From: Epiperipatus broadwayi
Taxonomy: Eukaryota; Animalia; Onychophora
Direction: 5' to 3'
DNA: 64,000 nt
Assembly (NCBI GenBank): GCA_028023455.1
Contig: JAQFVV010000001.1
Coordinates: forward strand, 32,674,001-32,738,000
The translations under genes were made by a program, and so were the position numbers. The notes under the pieces were generated by a model that searched no databases, was not told where the DNA came from, and saw nothing but the letters and a program-made list of their open reading frames with translations. How positions within the stretch are numbered: the first letter of the stretch is position 1; each line of letters starts with the position of its first letter. Below are positions 1 through 12,761 of the stretch, piece by piece.

Positions 1-593
<593 letters not shown>

Positions 594-2760
594 GCATTAA
601 ATCACACAACATGGTTAAGAAATCCAGTACTGCTCTCTGTGAATTAATATATAAAATACATTAGAGTTCGTATAGCAAAAAGTTAAGATCGTTGTTTGCT
701 AAAATTTCAAGTTCTTTGTTTGAGTTTGTTCGTATTTCAATATATAACACCATATAGAAGACAGGTCAAACTGGATTTCTTAACCATGTGGGGTGATTTA
801 ATGCTTAATATTTGTATATTTATTTCAGTATAGCATTATGCACTGTGATTATTTTACATATATATATATTATATAATCAAATGTAGAAAAAGAATTTTCT
901 GGAAAATGTATAATTTATATTTTCTTTTTTTATGTATAATTTTGTTTTATTTTAATAAAAAAAAAATGTTGATGATAAAAAATAAAACAGATGTTATCCT
1001 CGAAATGCTATTTACTGTATTTATTGTATAAAGTTATTTTAAAAGTTTCTAATGAACTGTTAAGATAAAACTTGCTAAAAGATTTTCTTTTGTAAAAAGA
1101 AATGAGAAAACAAAGGAAGCCAGATCTGAAACAGTGGTATACTCACTAAGTAGATCACATAGGATAAGAATAAAAAGATTGAACATTTTGAGGAGTGTGG
1201 GAATGATTACATCAGAAAAAGAAGAGAACTTTCTAGAAAAAAAAGAAAAATATATAAATAAAAAAAATCAAGAAACATTGATTATCATTGGCTGATTGTT
1301 ATTGCATGGTGATTAGTGACTGCTGTTTTATTCATTACTATTCTGAGTAATCAAATTATATTATTGAAAAGAAAATTAAATGTGCAACAGCAGGATAAGG
1401 TGGGGGTAGTCTTAAATGTGCTGGGCTTTCTTCCACCACTCCACAAGAAAAAAAAAAAGCTATATGATCCTGTCATCGATTGAAGTTAAAATCCACATCC
1501 AGACAAGTTCATTTTGTCAATTATTATAGCCCATTATTGTTTCATCAAAAGTTTCAAAGTAAAGACATTTTTTGGACAATCTCTACAGCCATATCTTTAC
1601 CAAGTAAGTTTATTTTTAGGTGTATATGAACAAACTCATTTCTCCAGGGACTAAATGTAATCTATATGTTATTTTTAGTTTGTACAAATTATAAATCATA
1701 TATTTACAGTTTGTACTTTCTTTATATTTAAAATCATGTAAACAAAATTAAAATAAAATAATTAAGCTCCTTTTTACAAAGATATCAAGTCATATGTCAC
1801 ATGACCTAATTTAACAAGCTTGTATTACAAATGTTATATATACAGCTCACAAATAAGCTCTTAACAAGTTTTGCAAAATATACCAAATCTAATGCTTAAA
1901 TATCCTAGCACCTCACTGAGAAAGACAATAGCAGAAACCAGTCTTTAAATGCTAGCTTACCTAAAGAATATATATATTGTACCCTTTTGTTTAGGTTAGA
2001 ATGGATTATTTCTAATAATCTATTGAAAAAATTTAAATTTTGAAGTTGGATAAAGGATGATGTATGTTGTGTGTTAATATTCTTTGAATAATTTAGTAAA
2101 GGCAAGTAAAATAAGTGATGTATATTGTTGGATTGGTATTTGTAAGAAAACAGTTAACTAAAAATCATTATAAGATTGTATGGTTGGAGAACTGGCCATA
2201 ATAAATACTATTTAATAAGTCTTATAAATAATAATTAGGGTAAATTTTTAAAGTAATGCTTTAAAGTTAAACGAATAGATTTAGTAATAATAATTGTATT
2301 TAATGGCTATATTTGTAAAATTGTTTGATTAAAAAATAATAATGTGAAAGAAAGTGTAATTTTTTGGTTTTATAATATTATTATAATTATTTTAAAATTG
2401 TGCTATAATAGTGATTATGTAACATTTTATAAATTAAATTATTATTTTAGTCTTTAAATTATTAGTGCCTTATTTAGTTTTGTAAATCACATGATGCACA
2501 CCTTTGTTCGAAAATAAAATAATATTATCTGTTATAAATGTTAAATTGGATTTTAAAAGTGAATATAATAAATAAAATCAGATTTATGTTTTTTGTTGAA
2601 AGTTAAGTTCAAAATAACGGTAGAAATGGTAATAAATATTGAAATGTGATTTTTAAAAATTATTTTAGAGTCGTTAGTAAGTGAAAATAAAATGTGAAAA
2701 TTAAGAAAGAATTGAATAATATAATAAAAATAAATATTTAGTAAATTATTATTAACTTTA

Positions 2761-2900
2761 ACTTTAAACCAATGTTCGTGGTCCCGGATAATTTGAGGCC
2801 AGGATTGTTTAACAGACCAATCAAAATTGGAATCAGTTGGAGTATTTAAGAGCTGTTTATATTTTGGCAGACGATTATTGAGCTGTTATCTCATTCTACC
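2761..2900 (+). promoter_or_regulatory. Candidate Pol II promoter
   Basis: CCAAT at 2817-2821, ATTGG at 2826-2830, TATTTAAG at 2843-2850 and Inr-like TCATTC at 2891-2896, at the start of a CpG-retaining zone. TATA-Inr spacing is non-canonical. Confidence 0.25.
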
Positions 2901-3060
2901 GACACGTACTATTATAACATCATTAATATTTTCTACAATTTCAGTAAAGTATTTAGTAGTGTAATAATCCATTTTATTTAAATTCAATTTTTGTAAAAGT
3001 ACAGTAGTCTATTATTATAAGCTCGTGGGATATAGAAATGTTTTGCTAAAAAATTAAATT

Positions 3061-4236
3061 ATGTCTTACTTTGCCAACCTGCTTTGTTCAATTTGTCATC
3101 AACTTAAACATGAAGAAGTCATCACTAAATATAAAAAATTTAATGGAGGTATTCAAATATTATTATCGTATAAAGTATATAATTTTGCCTATGTTGATAA
3201 GTCGTATTGATTTATGACTAAATTTCATAAAAAGAATGTCAAGGAAAAAATATATATATAAAAAAAAATTTTTTTCATTAAAAGATATAAAGTTAAATGA
3301 GATAATGTATTTTATGAAGAAAATTTATTTAAAATACAATGGAAAAATACTTTTAAAAGGAAAAAAAACTTAAATTTGACCGAACAATTATTTTAGAACG
3401 TGGAGATATTTCTTTCTGAAGAAATATTGGAAATATTTTAAAATTGGAATTTTTCCTAGAAAATATGAGATCATTTGCAAGTATCTGACTTATATCCTAT
3501 TTTAAAAAATATTACAAGTTAGTCATTAAGGTATGCGGGACATACAAAAGTTTATTTAAATTGTTTGGGAAATTAATTTAAGTTATTTGAAAATATTGGG
3601 AGAAGTATTGGTTGTATCAGAAGATATTAAACTGCAGTAAATATGAAAAAGTTACAAGAATTTGGAAAATTATCTTGACGAAGAGTATTTAAAATTAGAT
3701 ATTTACCTAATAATACATGTTAAAGATTTAAAGTTTTGGAGATAAAAAAAATATTAATTATATTAGTGTTAGTCTTATAGAATAAAAGTAAAAGTACCGT
3801 ATTTAACTTGAACTGTCAGTTTGGATTATATATTACAATGTTAAGAACCGGAGCATGCGTGATTATTGATGCCAAAAGTGTGTATTAATGTTTTTTTTTT
3901 TTACCAGGAGAAAAGATACTTCATGTAATGAACTTATTATCAAGAAAAGAACATTTCATCGTAAGAAATTTTAATAAAATTATTGTAAATATGGTTTTAG
4001 AATTAATTTTTTACTAACAAAATTATAGTAATATTTATTCATAGTATAAATATAGCATAGAAACAGAAAACATTAAATTATTTACTAATTTAGTAATTAA
4101 ATTTTGTTGTAAAAAAAAAATCTTTAACTTAGTATATTTTAAAGTGTGATAATGTGGAATAAATGATAATAAAATCTTTATTTAGATCGTACTCCAGATG
4201 ACATCACTAAGTAATTGCCAACAGAAATTACTTATG
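3061..4236 (+). other. Candidate spliced coding chain (exons 3061-3148, 3908-3960, 4186-4236)
   Basis: ATG at 3061, donor GAG|GTATTC, acceptor T-run+ACCAG at 3907, donor ATC|GTAAGA, acceptor TTTAG at 4185, donor ATG|GTAATA. Phases join openly as MSYFANLLCSICHQLKHEEVITKYKKFNG-GEKILHVMNLLSRKEHFI-IVLQMTSLSNCQQKLLM. No recognisable homology. Confidence 0.2.
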
Positions 4237-7116
4237 GTAATAATGTAAATTATTAATAGTTTTAAAATGTGTTTGTTATTTTGTACGGATGGATCATTTT
4301 GTTTAGTTATTTAAGAATATGCATAATTTTAATGATATCGTAAAGGTATTTAAACATAAAAGAAATATAAGTATATGATTCTATTAAAACTGAATTGGAT
4401 GTTTTGTTGAATAATTTAAAGTGTTAAAAATATGACACTGATTCTGATTGTTTGTGCTAAAGTTTGAGAACTATTAAAGAATGAAATAATCTTGTCTTAT
4501 TAGTTAGTTAGACTGTTATTCTAAAAATGAATTTATTTGTTATTATAGAAATGAGAAGATGAATTTAGCGATGTAAAATGGGTGAATTTTAAATGCTAAT
4601 ATCTTAGTATTAGGTTATATAAGACCAGGATAATATTGTATGTAGGGTTTATTTATATGGGAAGAAGAATATACTATATTGATGTTTATACAAGTATAGC
4701 TAACATAGCCCTATATCTTGTGTATATTCGTGGCAGTGTTTATTTTCTATGTGTTAAAGCTTAATGTACCATAGTGCTGAATGAATAGCCTGGACATTAT
4801 ACTTGGTAGAAGAGGTTATTAAACAAATAAGTTATACCTCCTCAGTTCATGTACACTGTGCCCATGATGGTTAGTTGATAAAAGATTAAGTTGAAGTTAT
4901 AGTTTACCCCATATGCCTACTAGTTTATGTGTTATTGAAATTTATTGGATTACATTGTAAAAGATGGTTGTTTTAAAATTTGGAAATAATAAATCAGTTT
5001 GGGAATAGAGAATTGTTAAATTGGATAAGATAAGTTATGTTGCTTAGATTGTAATAAGTGTAAAAAAATTATAAGAACATAATTTCATCAGTGAAAGAAT
5101 CAGAAAACTTTTATAGTTAAAAATAATATTTATTTATTTTCTTATAAAATAAATAGTTGATAATTTAAAAGAATTTATAATGATATTACTTAATTATTAA
5201 GAATTTTTTTTAAAAAAAACATACTTATAATGCATATTTTTATTTATGATTAAATGTAATAAACTGAATCGTGTTGAATGAATGAAAGTAGTCATAAGTT
5301 TTACAAAAATAATTTTATAACAACACACTAATCCATGATATTTAAAGTTTAAAGTAATAATTAGTAAGTAGCTTAGTTTGATGGTATGCTATGAATTAAG
5401 GTTGTTCACATAAATATTGAAAAATGACTATATAGAATGATAAATAACTTTAAAAACTAAATAACAAGGATAAGTACATAATAAAAGTATTATCTATATT
5501 TTTTAAAACCTATAAAGTAATAATATCGAATAACTGTAATAAAAAGTTATATAATGATAGTTTTAAAAATAAGAAATATTTTATGTAAGAAATGTTCTGT
5601 ATCTTATGTTTTAAGTCATTTGATTTGTCTTGAAAAAATACCTGAATACGAATAAATAGAATTCTATCAAAATGTAAATAATGTAAATAATTTTATTGTT
5701 AAGTTTGTTAATAAAATTGTTAAATGTGTTTTATAAATCTTGGTGTTGACTCAATTTCTTCACATCACAATTACATAATCACAGATAATTATAATGAAGA
5801 CATAATGTTTGCACATCATAAATAAAATTTTTATTTAAGAGTTATACTATTTTATTGATATATTTTATTTAAGAAGTTTTACTTACTGTACTGTTATGAT
5901 GGTCATGGAATAATTACCAAAGATTTACATTAAATTATCTTAGTAATGATTGCCACATATTCGCAGATTGTAATATCATACTAAATATATTATCTAAGAT
6001 GCCATATGGATAATAGAAAATTACATTACATTTGATTGTGTGACATCTAAGAATAACATTATAAGTAAAAAGGATAGGAGAGTGAATTATAGATTAAAGA
6101 TTAGTATTACTATTTGTTATTATTAATATTATTAAATTGTAGTTAGGAATGATATTAAATCCCTTATCATACTTGATTACAAAAGTTATAATTAATTTAT
6201 CATTATTTTAAGAGAACCTGAGATAATTTGAGTTAAATTAGTTTTGAAAAAGATATTAAATTAATTTGTTAAAGGTAATTTACTTAATTAGTTTTGATTA
6301 AAGATGTAAGAGTACTATAAATGTAGTATTTGAGTAATAGGAATAAGGATAGTATTCTTATGCCATTAAGGTGATATCCAGTGGGAGATTATCTTAATGT
6401 ATTTGCTCTACCACTTGTAAACTCACTTCATAGTCTCATGATTTGATTAGATATTCATTTATTTCATTTTATAAACCAGAACTATATTATTATTTATTAA
6501 TTAAGTTAATTTAATCATTGATATTCTTAAAAATATAATTATTAATTTAGATACATTTTAAATAAACATAGTTATTTATCTGAGCTAGATCAAGTAATTA
6601 TAATTATATATTTCCGGGAAGTGAGGGTACAATATATATGTGCATTTCAAAATAGTTCATGTTATCTACTCTGTTCTAACACATTTTTGTCAGTTTAAAT
6701 ACTACCTGCCCTGAGTAAGCTAGCTAGTTGGCATGCTTCTATTAGTGTGCTATCATCACTCTTAATAAGTCTTCAGCATAATTCTTATATAAACCATAAG
6801 ATTGGTGCTTGAAATTGGATAATACTGATGTCCATAAATATGCTGTTTGAGAGAGATTAATTAGTAATTATGAAAAATTTAATGCCGAGTACATGTTTAG
6901 TTTTTTTATAGGAGATGAGTCTTAGAATACCTTACCTCCAGGTTCATGGCTACTATAAGTCCATCTCAGTAGATTAAAGATTAATAGCCTTCATTCATGA
7001 ATAAATCTCATTAATTTATTAAATGATAGGTTTAATACAAATGGCATATGATCAACCATGAGAGTTGACCAAATAGAGATGGATGAATTAGAAGAAGGCT
7101 CTCCACCCATTACAAT

Positions 7117-7329
7117 TTATGTGGTTATATACTTAGAAAACAAATCATATTTAACCACAAGGTATTTTTTATTAAATACCAGTAGTGAGCCATACAAATT
7201 TATTGCCATCATCTCACAAGGTTTTGATAGTATCATAAAGACCATTGGAATAACATAACTCTGATTTGGGTTTTTTATCTTTTTACAGGTTTTACATTTG
7301 TCTAGTGTGGCCATAATTTTTGTATGCAT
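7117..7329 (-). pseudogene. Gypsy integrase fragment (CxxC and start of catalytic core)
   Basis: ORF ...LDKCKTCKKIK...PCEMMAINLYGSL...KYLVVKYDLFSKY resembles the integrase pattern PFE.VAIDLYGPL...YILV..D.FSKY. Confidence 0.85.
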
Positions 7330-7740
7330 GTCTGGCCAATGAAACTATTTCTGGAGCAAATGATCAGTTTTTAGAATTCCATAATGGCCACATGCATGGA
7401 TCAGAACATCCTCTTTTATCTGGCAAGATAGGATAGGCTTCCATTCTTCTTGGTTGTCTCATTATTTTGTACTGCAATATACACTGGCATAACTGGTACT
7501 GTACACCTTTATTACCTACTCACTCTATATTTACCCACTTCCAACCATTTGGTTAAGGATTTCCATTGCTCATCTTCAAGCTCGATGATGATCCAAATGT
7601 TCTGATTCTTCTCCACCTTGTTGTTCATTCTCAAATCAATACTTGCAATGTACATATTTTCCCCATGTAAATGGAAGGGCTGAGAACCTGTGGGGTTTCA
7701 GGTCAGAATATTGGTGAAGATGTTCTCAGATCCTTTACAG

Positions 7741-8107
7741 CAGGGGTCCCCAACCCTATGCCCGCTTGCACCATGGCACCCGCAGACTATTTTACGTGTA
7801 CCCGCCACTATCCGAACATGATAAAAAATTATTTATCTGATACAAATAAATTTAATTTTTAAAATTTTTTATAAATTATTGTATTATATTGTAATCAAAT
7901 TGTAGGGCATACTATACTTTTACAGTGTAAAAATATAAATGTTAATTATGTTAAAATTTTACTTTTGAAATAAATATTTTTTTTGTACATTTTATGTGTT
8001 ATTAACCATATCCAACTATAAATTTACATTGAAAAAATAAATGGTGCCCACCGCTTGGTGAGTATTATAGAATGTGCTCTTAAGTGCAAAAAGGTTGGGG
8101 ACCCCTG
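7741..8107. mobile_element. hAT (Charlie/Buster-like) MITE inserted in gypsy pol
   Basis: TIR CAGGGGTCCCCAACC...GGTTGGGGACCCCTG (15/15). 8-bp TSD CTTTACAG (7733-7740) / ATTTACAG (8108-8115) with central TA. 367 bp, non-coding AT-rich interior. Confidence 0.92.
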
Positions 8108-8184
8108 ATTTACAGCATTGCACTGTGTAATTGTATTTTTGGAGGAACAGACTCCAGTAGACCAATCAACTGTTGGTCAGGTAA

Positions 8185-8928
8185 CTATGATTGAGAAATT
8201 CTAAATTTTTGTGATTGGTCACTAGAGTGATCAAATTTCTGAAATTCCCAAACAATATCTAATGCTTCCTTTTTGGTGATAGTGTAATTTAGTTCAGGAC
8301 CCCTCAACAAACAACTGATAATGTATAATACCCTCATTTCTTTCCCATCTTGCACTTGCGATAAAGTTACCCTCAACCTGTATCCACTTTTATCAGTTTG
8401 TACAATGAATGGTTTGATGAAATCTAGGAATGATAGCATGACCTGTTTCATAAATCCCCTTTTTATGTCCTCAAAAGCTTTATCTTTCTCCTTATCCCAT
8501 TTCCACGGTATGTCTTTTTTTAATAGCCAGACCAGTGGTTCCATACATTCCACCAACCATTCATGAAACTTATTGTAAAAATTACACAAATCCAGGAATG
8601 ATTGTCTCTGTTGCCTGGATCTGGGTGCAGAAAAATTCCTGATGGATATGTCTTTATATGGATGTAGCCTTATCCTTTGCAATGCCACCACCTGGCACAA
8701 AAAATATAACTTCATTTCTTATTAAAATACTTGGAAGTTTATTTTATTCCTCTTCTTCTTATACTCATTGAGGAACATTTCTACATCCCAAATATGCTCA
8801 TCTATATTTGGTGAGGCCACCAACACATCATCAATATATACCATTTTTAGATCATTGACTTTGTCCAAAAACACCTGATCAAGGCATCTCATCAGCTCAG
8901 CACCACTGTTTACCAGGCCAAATGGCAT
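8185..8928 (-). pseudogene. Gypsy reverse transcriptase / RNase H fragments
   Basis: YIDD catalytic motif, MPFGL motif, FLDLCNFYNKF, WKWDKEKDKAFEDIK, QTDKSGY, split across two ORFs. Confidence 0.92.
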
Positions 8929-11900
8929 TATATGGAATTTTTATGAGGAGCTCTCATAGGCTAAAAATTGTGTACTGCTAGTCCTCTGGGTGAAGCTTGA
9001 TTTGCTAATAGCTGGCTGTTAAATCAAACAATTTTTTTTCTTTGAACTTCCCTAAGAACTCATGCATGAGGGGCAAGATGTTACAATCAGGAATCATTAT
9101 TTGATTTAATTGCCTTGCATCGAGGCATAATCTGACAGTCACATCTTTTTTTTACAACAACCAATGGATTACAGTATGGGGATGAACATTTTAAAATGAC
9201 CTCCCATTCCACCATTTGATTTATTTGCTTTCAAACCTCCTTTCTGTACTGATGAGGGACTGAGTAAGGACAAGATTGAAATGTCTTATCCTGAAAACCC
9301 TGGATCATTTTGGATACATCCAAAAACATTATAATACCTTTCAAGAATTTACTTAAGCACATACCACCAGTTTTCATTTGCCATTTTAGATTCCTTTATG
9401 TTTTCTTCTATGATACCCATCATTTTCTCTTCCCTAACTCGTAACATCCCTATTGAAATGTATAACTGTGAAGTTGTGAACTTTACTGACTTCTTCTTGT
9501 ATATGTCATGCTCAATCCTGAAATCAATGGTGTATTTATATTGATGCAAAAAATCTGATCCTATCAGAGCATTGTGTATCAGACACTTCATGATCAAAAA
9601 TACATGCAAGATGATCTGCAAGTCTACTCATACTTGTTTGGGTTAAATATTCACTGTTCTGTTACTTGCCATTTGTATCTGGACTGAATTTATTGGGAGT
9701 GTCTGAATGCTAGGCTGTTCGCACTTTATATGGGAATATACTTCCTCTGACAACACCAATATTTGGCTACCTGAGTTTACTGTTTCAACTTCCATTTGCC
9801 CCATTGTTATTCAGATCTTAGGACAAGCCTGTTTAACATTCCTAGAGACTTAATTCTCCCATGAACACATTAAATTTTCTGTTTTGTTTTACTTTTGTAG
9901 GCTAGCTTTGCCTCATTTTGCTTAATTTTCTTTTTATTCCAGCTTACTCCATCAAATTTACTGACCCTATTTCTAATGTTATAAACTCCCTAGTTTTCCA
10001 TCTTCACCATTGCCTACTGATCTCTATTTTCCCTAATATATTATCTTTTTTTTTGCTGACCTATCACCCATTCTCCCTAATATATCACTAATTCTCTGGC
10101 AAATTTCTGCAGACAATCCCCACAATCTGCCTTTCCAATAGTTTACATGCTTCCAGCTCCCTCAATGTAAATACTTGGCATCTGAGAAAGTGAATACAAG
10201 CTCCTTCTCTTCAAGAAACCTTTGTCCTATTATCTGAGCTTTTATATTACTTTGCTGCTCTTTGTTCCAAAACACCTTTCTTAGGACCATTTTATATTCT
10301 TGGAAAGTTTCTGGTTGGGGTAGCAGTGATTCTCACCATATCTGAGCATACTCTCAGAGGTGACTGTATGCTATTATTACTTTGATATTTTCCCATGCTA
10401 GTACTGTCCACTGGTCAGTCCAGCAACACCCTGAAGAAGAGGGGAGAATAATACCTCTTGAAATGTTGTGCATGTACTAACCTATGTGTTATTACTAACA
10501 GTTGAATATATTTGGAATAGTTAAATTTTTCTAAAGACATTCAATACTCATATTTGATGATGAAAATACTCCAATATAAAAATACAACTGAATGTTTATA
10601 TGTTTGTTATTTAATAAATCCACAAATAATGCCCTAATCTTCTTAGTCTATTGATATTTGGATAGAACAGTTCTGAATAGGGGTTTATTAAAAATTATCA
10701 TCTGGTATCTATTGATTACTAGATCTTACATTAGATGGTTAAAAATTGTGAGAATAGAACAATTTGCTACAAAACAAAATCTTAAGATTAAAAAAACTGT
10801 AGAAAAAAGGATTTTGAGGTTAACTAAATGCAGATTAAACTAAGACTAAAAATTCAACACATTAAGACTATTAAAAGTATATTGGAAAAGATTACATCAT
10901 CTCCAGTTATATATTCAAATAAACTGATTATATAATCAATACATTTTCCAAAATTAACTAGAAAGTCAACTATCTGATCAAATGTTAAATATCATATTAG
11001 GTAAACTTAAATAAAATCAAAAAAAAAAAAATAATAGTCGAAAAAATTACCAGAAAGAGGGAAAAAGAGCTTGATACAAAATGAAAAAAAATTTACAAAA
11101 TAAAAATGCTGCTTCTTTCAAAGACAAAATTACAAAAAAAAAAAACCACCTTCATGTCTAATTATATAATGTATAATTTTTTTAAAAAAAAAAAAATTTT
11201 TGTGGAAAAAAATAAATTTCCAAAACTAATAAGTTATTATTTATTAATAGTTCAATTTTTTTAAAAAAAACATTTAGTAATTTTAATTAAATGATGAAAA
11301 TATTTTTCACATATAACTAAAAATCAAAAAGTTGAATTTTTGTTGAAATTTTCAACCTGTAAACAGCTGTATTACAAATAAATCAAGCAAATAAGAGCCG
11401 CAGCAAACAAAATAAATTCAATGATAGTATTTGAAAAATCCTTGTTCTTTAATCCTCGTTTTTTTAATAAAAAACAGCAACTATAACAAGACTAACATTT
11501 TTTTAGTAGTATTCATTCAAAATTTTTATAATATTTCTTGAAAGAGACCTCTATAAATGTTTTTCTGGTAGGCTAGATATTATTTGAAACTTTCTTTCTC
11601 ACAGCTAACTAAAATAAAATCTTTTTGATTTCTTTTTGAAGCCTTAAAGGAACTGATCAAATCAAACTTTAACATCAATTCTATACATTCTTGTTATTGC
11701 ATTTACTATTACTATGCTATATAGTAAGTAAATATGGATGAGCTGCTCACCAGCAAGAATTTATCTAGTATAGTAAATTCATTAGCTTTATATGTAGTTG
11801 AATATCTCATATTCCATCCTAACTGCCTGGTATCCTAATGAGACATCAATTGAATTTATTTAAAAGGAGGATGCAAATGTGAACATTTAAGTGGATGTTT

Positions 11901-11965
11901 ATTCTAAGCACTGAACAGATTTCAGCATTTTATAGAGTGAATATAAATTTCAATCTTAATATATA

Positions 11966-12449
11966 GAGTATATGAGCACAGACTTTCACATGACCCACAC
12001 TCTCCACTCTTATCTTATAATATTGATACACTTGAACACATATATGTCAAAAAGATAAATAATCACTAATAAATGTATTTCATGCTAAACCAGCAATTAT
12101 CAGTTGGTCCAGATTATCATCTCTTCACATATATGCAATAAGTGCTCAGATATATATTAAAACAGCCAATCTTCATACTTTAATGGGCAGGCTTCAATCC
12201 ACTCCACACTCTAACTCTTTAACCATCCATCCAATTGAAAATCTGATAATTGAATGCTCAAAGACTATTTTGAGGTCAAAATTTTCATCACACCCATGTT
12301 GACCAAAAGTCAATTTGATTGCTGGTTTAGCATAAAATACATATATTAGTGATTATTTATCTTTTCAACATATATGAGTTCATGTGTATCAGTGTTATGA
12401 GATAGAGTGGAGAGTTGTGGGTCATGTGAAAGTCTGTGCTCATATACCC
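11966..12449. mobile_element. TA-flanked MITE/foldback element with about 145-bp inverted arms
   Basis: GAGTATATGAGCACAGACTTTCACATGACCCAC... pairs with ...GTGGGTCATGTGAAAGTCTGTGCTCATATACCC. Arms about 11966-12109 and 12301-12449. TA on both sides. Confidence 0.85.
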
Positions 12450-12517
12450 TATTTATTATATATATTTATACAGGTATATAATAAGCCTGTATTTCAGTTA
12501 TTCCAATCTTTTAAATT

Positions 12518-12576
12518 ATTGATTATTCATATATATATATATATAAATTGATTTATTCATATATATATATATATAA
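12518..12576. repeat. Tandem duplication of an about 30-bp unit ending in (TA)n
   Basis: ATTGAT(T)TATTCATATATA... occurs twice in tandem. Confidence 0.7.
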
Positions 12577-12761
12577 AGGCTTTATTTAATCCTAACAGCA
12601 TGGTATGCTTAGCATGCTTTTGACTATCTGGTAGTCACATTCATAGCAATAGTTGTCTGAAGGGCCTGTGATATTTATTATAGAATAAACAAGATAGGGG
12701 ATTTGCAGGTAGTCTAAAGCATGCTAAGCATACCATGCTGTTAGAATTAAATAAAACCTTT
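12575..12761. mobile_element. Foldback element/MITE with 56-bp inverted arms
   Basis: AAAGGCTTTATTTAATCCTAACAGCATGGTATGCTTAGCATGCTTTTGACTATCTG matches the reverse complement of 12706-12761 with 4 mismatches. It sits next to a TA run. Confidence 0.85.

Larger units (their letters stand above)
6690..10450 (-). mobile_element. Degenerate Ty3/gypsy LTR retrotransposon internal region (copy A)
   Basis: Domain order gag-like region, protease relic (ETVNSGSQ at about 9760-9800), RT (MPFGLVNS...VYIDDVLV, 8722-8928), RT-RNaseH (FIVQTDKSGY, YTITKKEAL, 8185-8715), integrase zinc-binding region (CKTCKK, 7117-7329). Many stops and frameshifts. LTRs not identified and boundaries approximate. Confidence 0.9.
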
